Assembly: GCA_964035545.1 (NCBI GenBank)
Contig: OZ037771.1
Span: forward strand, 10,234,480 to 10,298,479
Length of the DNA stretch: 64,000 nucleotides
From: Bugula neritina
Lineage: Eukaryota > Animalia > Bryozoa
Direction: 5' to 3'
Shown: in pieces, positions 63,396 to 64,000 of the stretch
Layout of the letters: every line of letters starts with the position of its first letter
How positions within the stretch are numbered: position 1 is the first letter of the stretch
Notes under the pieces: generated by a model
Told to the model about the DNA's origin: nothing
The model's input: the letters and a program-made list of their open reading frames with translations, nothing else
The model's database searches: none
Position numbers and translations under genes: made by a program

Positions 63396-64000
63396 CAAAA
63401 TATTGAAACACACTGCAACACATTGGAATATACTGCAACACACTGAAATATTGTGTAACATACTAAATACACTGCAACAAAGCGCATCATACTGAAGTAC
63501 ACTGTACATATTGAAAAACAGTGCAACACATTGAAATATACTTCAACACACTGAAATATACTAAAACATACTGAAATATACTGAAATATACTGCAACATA
63601 CTGAAATATACGGTAACAAACTTAAATAGACTGCAACACATTGGAATAAACTGCAACATACCCTAATATATTGTAATATACTTAGATATACTGCAACATA
63701 CCGCAACATACTGAAATACACTGTAACAAACTGAAATACACTGCAACACATTGGTATATACTGCAACATACCCAAATACATGGTAATATACTTCAACATA
63801 CTGAAATACACCGTAACATAATGAAATACACTGCAACACATTGAAATATACTGCAACAAACTGAAATATACTGCAACATACTGAAATGTACTGCAACATA
63901 CTGAAATACACTGCAACATATCGAAGTATATCGTAATATACGGACATGTACTGTAACATACTGAAACATACTGTAACAAAATGAAATATACTGTAACACA

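Larger units (their letters stand above)
26550..64000 (+). repeat. 10-bp-unit satellite DNA array (right arm) with modular higher-order structure
   Basis: Same 10-mer family, orientation and landmark modules as the left arm. It resumes exactly where the left arm was cut (TActtcaacatactg) and runs off the right window edge. Confidence 0.97.

Noticed and set aside
58-63999. Hundreds of minus-strand ORFs (e.g. 31024..32691, 555 aa; 8804..10381, 525 aa) as Cys-rich or membrane protein genes
   Set aside because: They overlap in all three frames with the same QYISVCCSML-type repeat, the arithmetic result of translating a stop-poor 10-bp satellite. Indels of 10 bp and 1 bp do not respect codon frame.

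Overview
This is eukaryotic, probably metazoan, repeat-rich DNA with no intact protein-coding gene. About 59.7 kb of the 64 kb is one satellite array in a single orientation, built on a 10-bp unit (ACATACTGAA / ACATACTGCA / ATAYACTGYA). The unit has diversified into recurring landmark modules, shuffled and duplicated at nested scales (270, 770, ~2.6-3.0 kb, and a near-identical 7195-bp tandem pair at ~48.96-63.4 kb). The array is interrupted once, at 22206-26549, by a Tc1-family DNA transposon with perfect 27-bp TIRs and a TA duplication; empty paralogous sites are visible elsewhere in the array. Its DD34E-type transposase is a pseudogene. It is split by a nested 2570-bp non-autonomous element (23085-25654) with CAC...GTG ends, ~170-bp imperfect inverted ends and a 3-bp ATC duplication (CMC/Chapaev-like). 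That inner element carries tRNA-like Pol III A/B-box remnants. The hundreds of minus-strand Cys/Val/Tyr/Phe-rich ORFs are artefacts of the satellite. All comparisons were made by eye or from ORF-track offsets; no database search was run.
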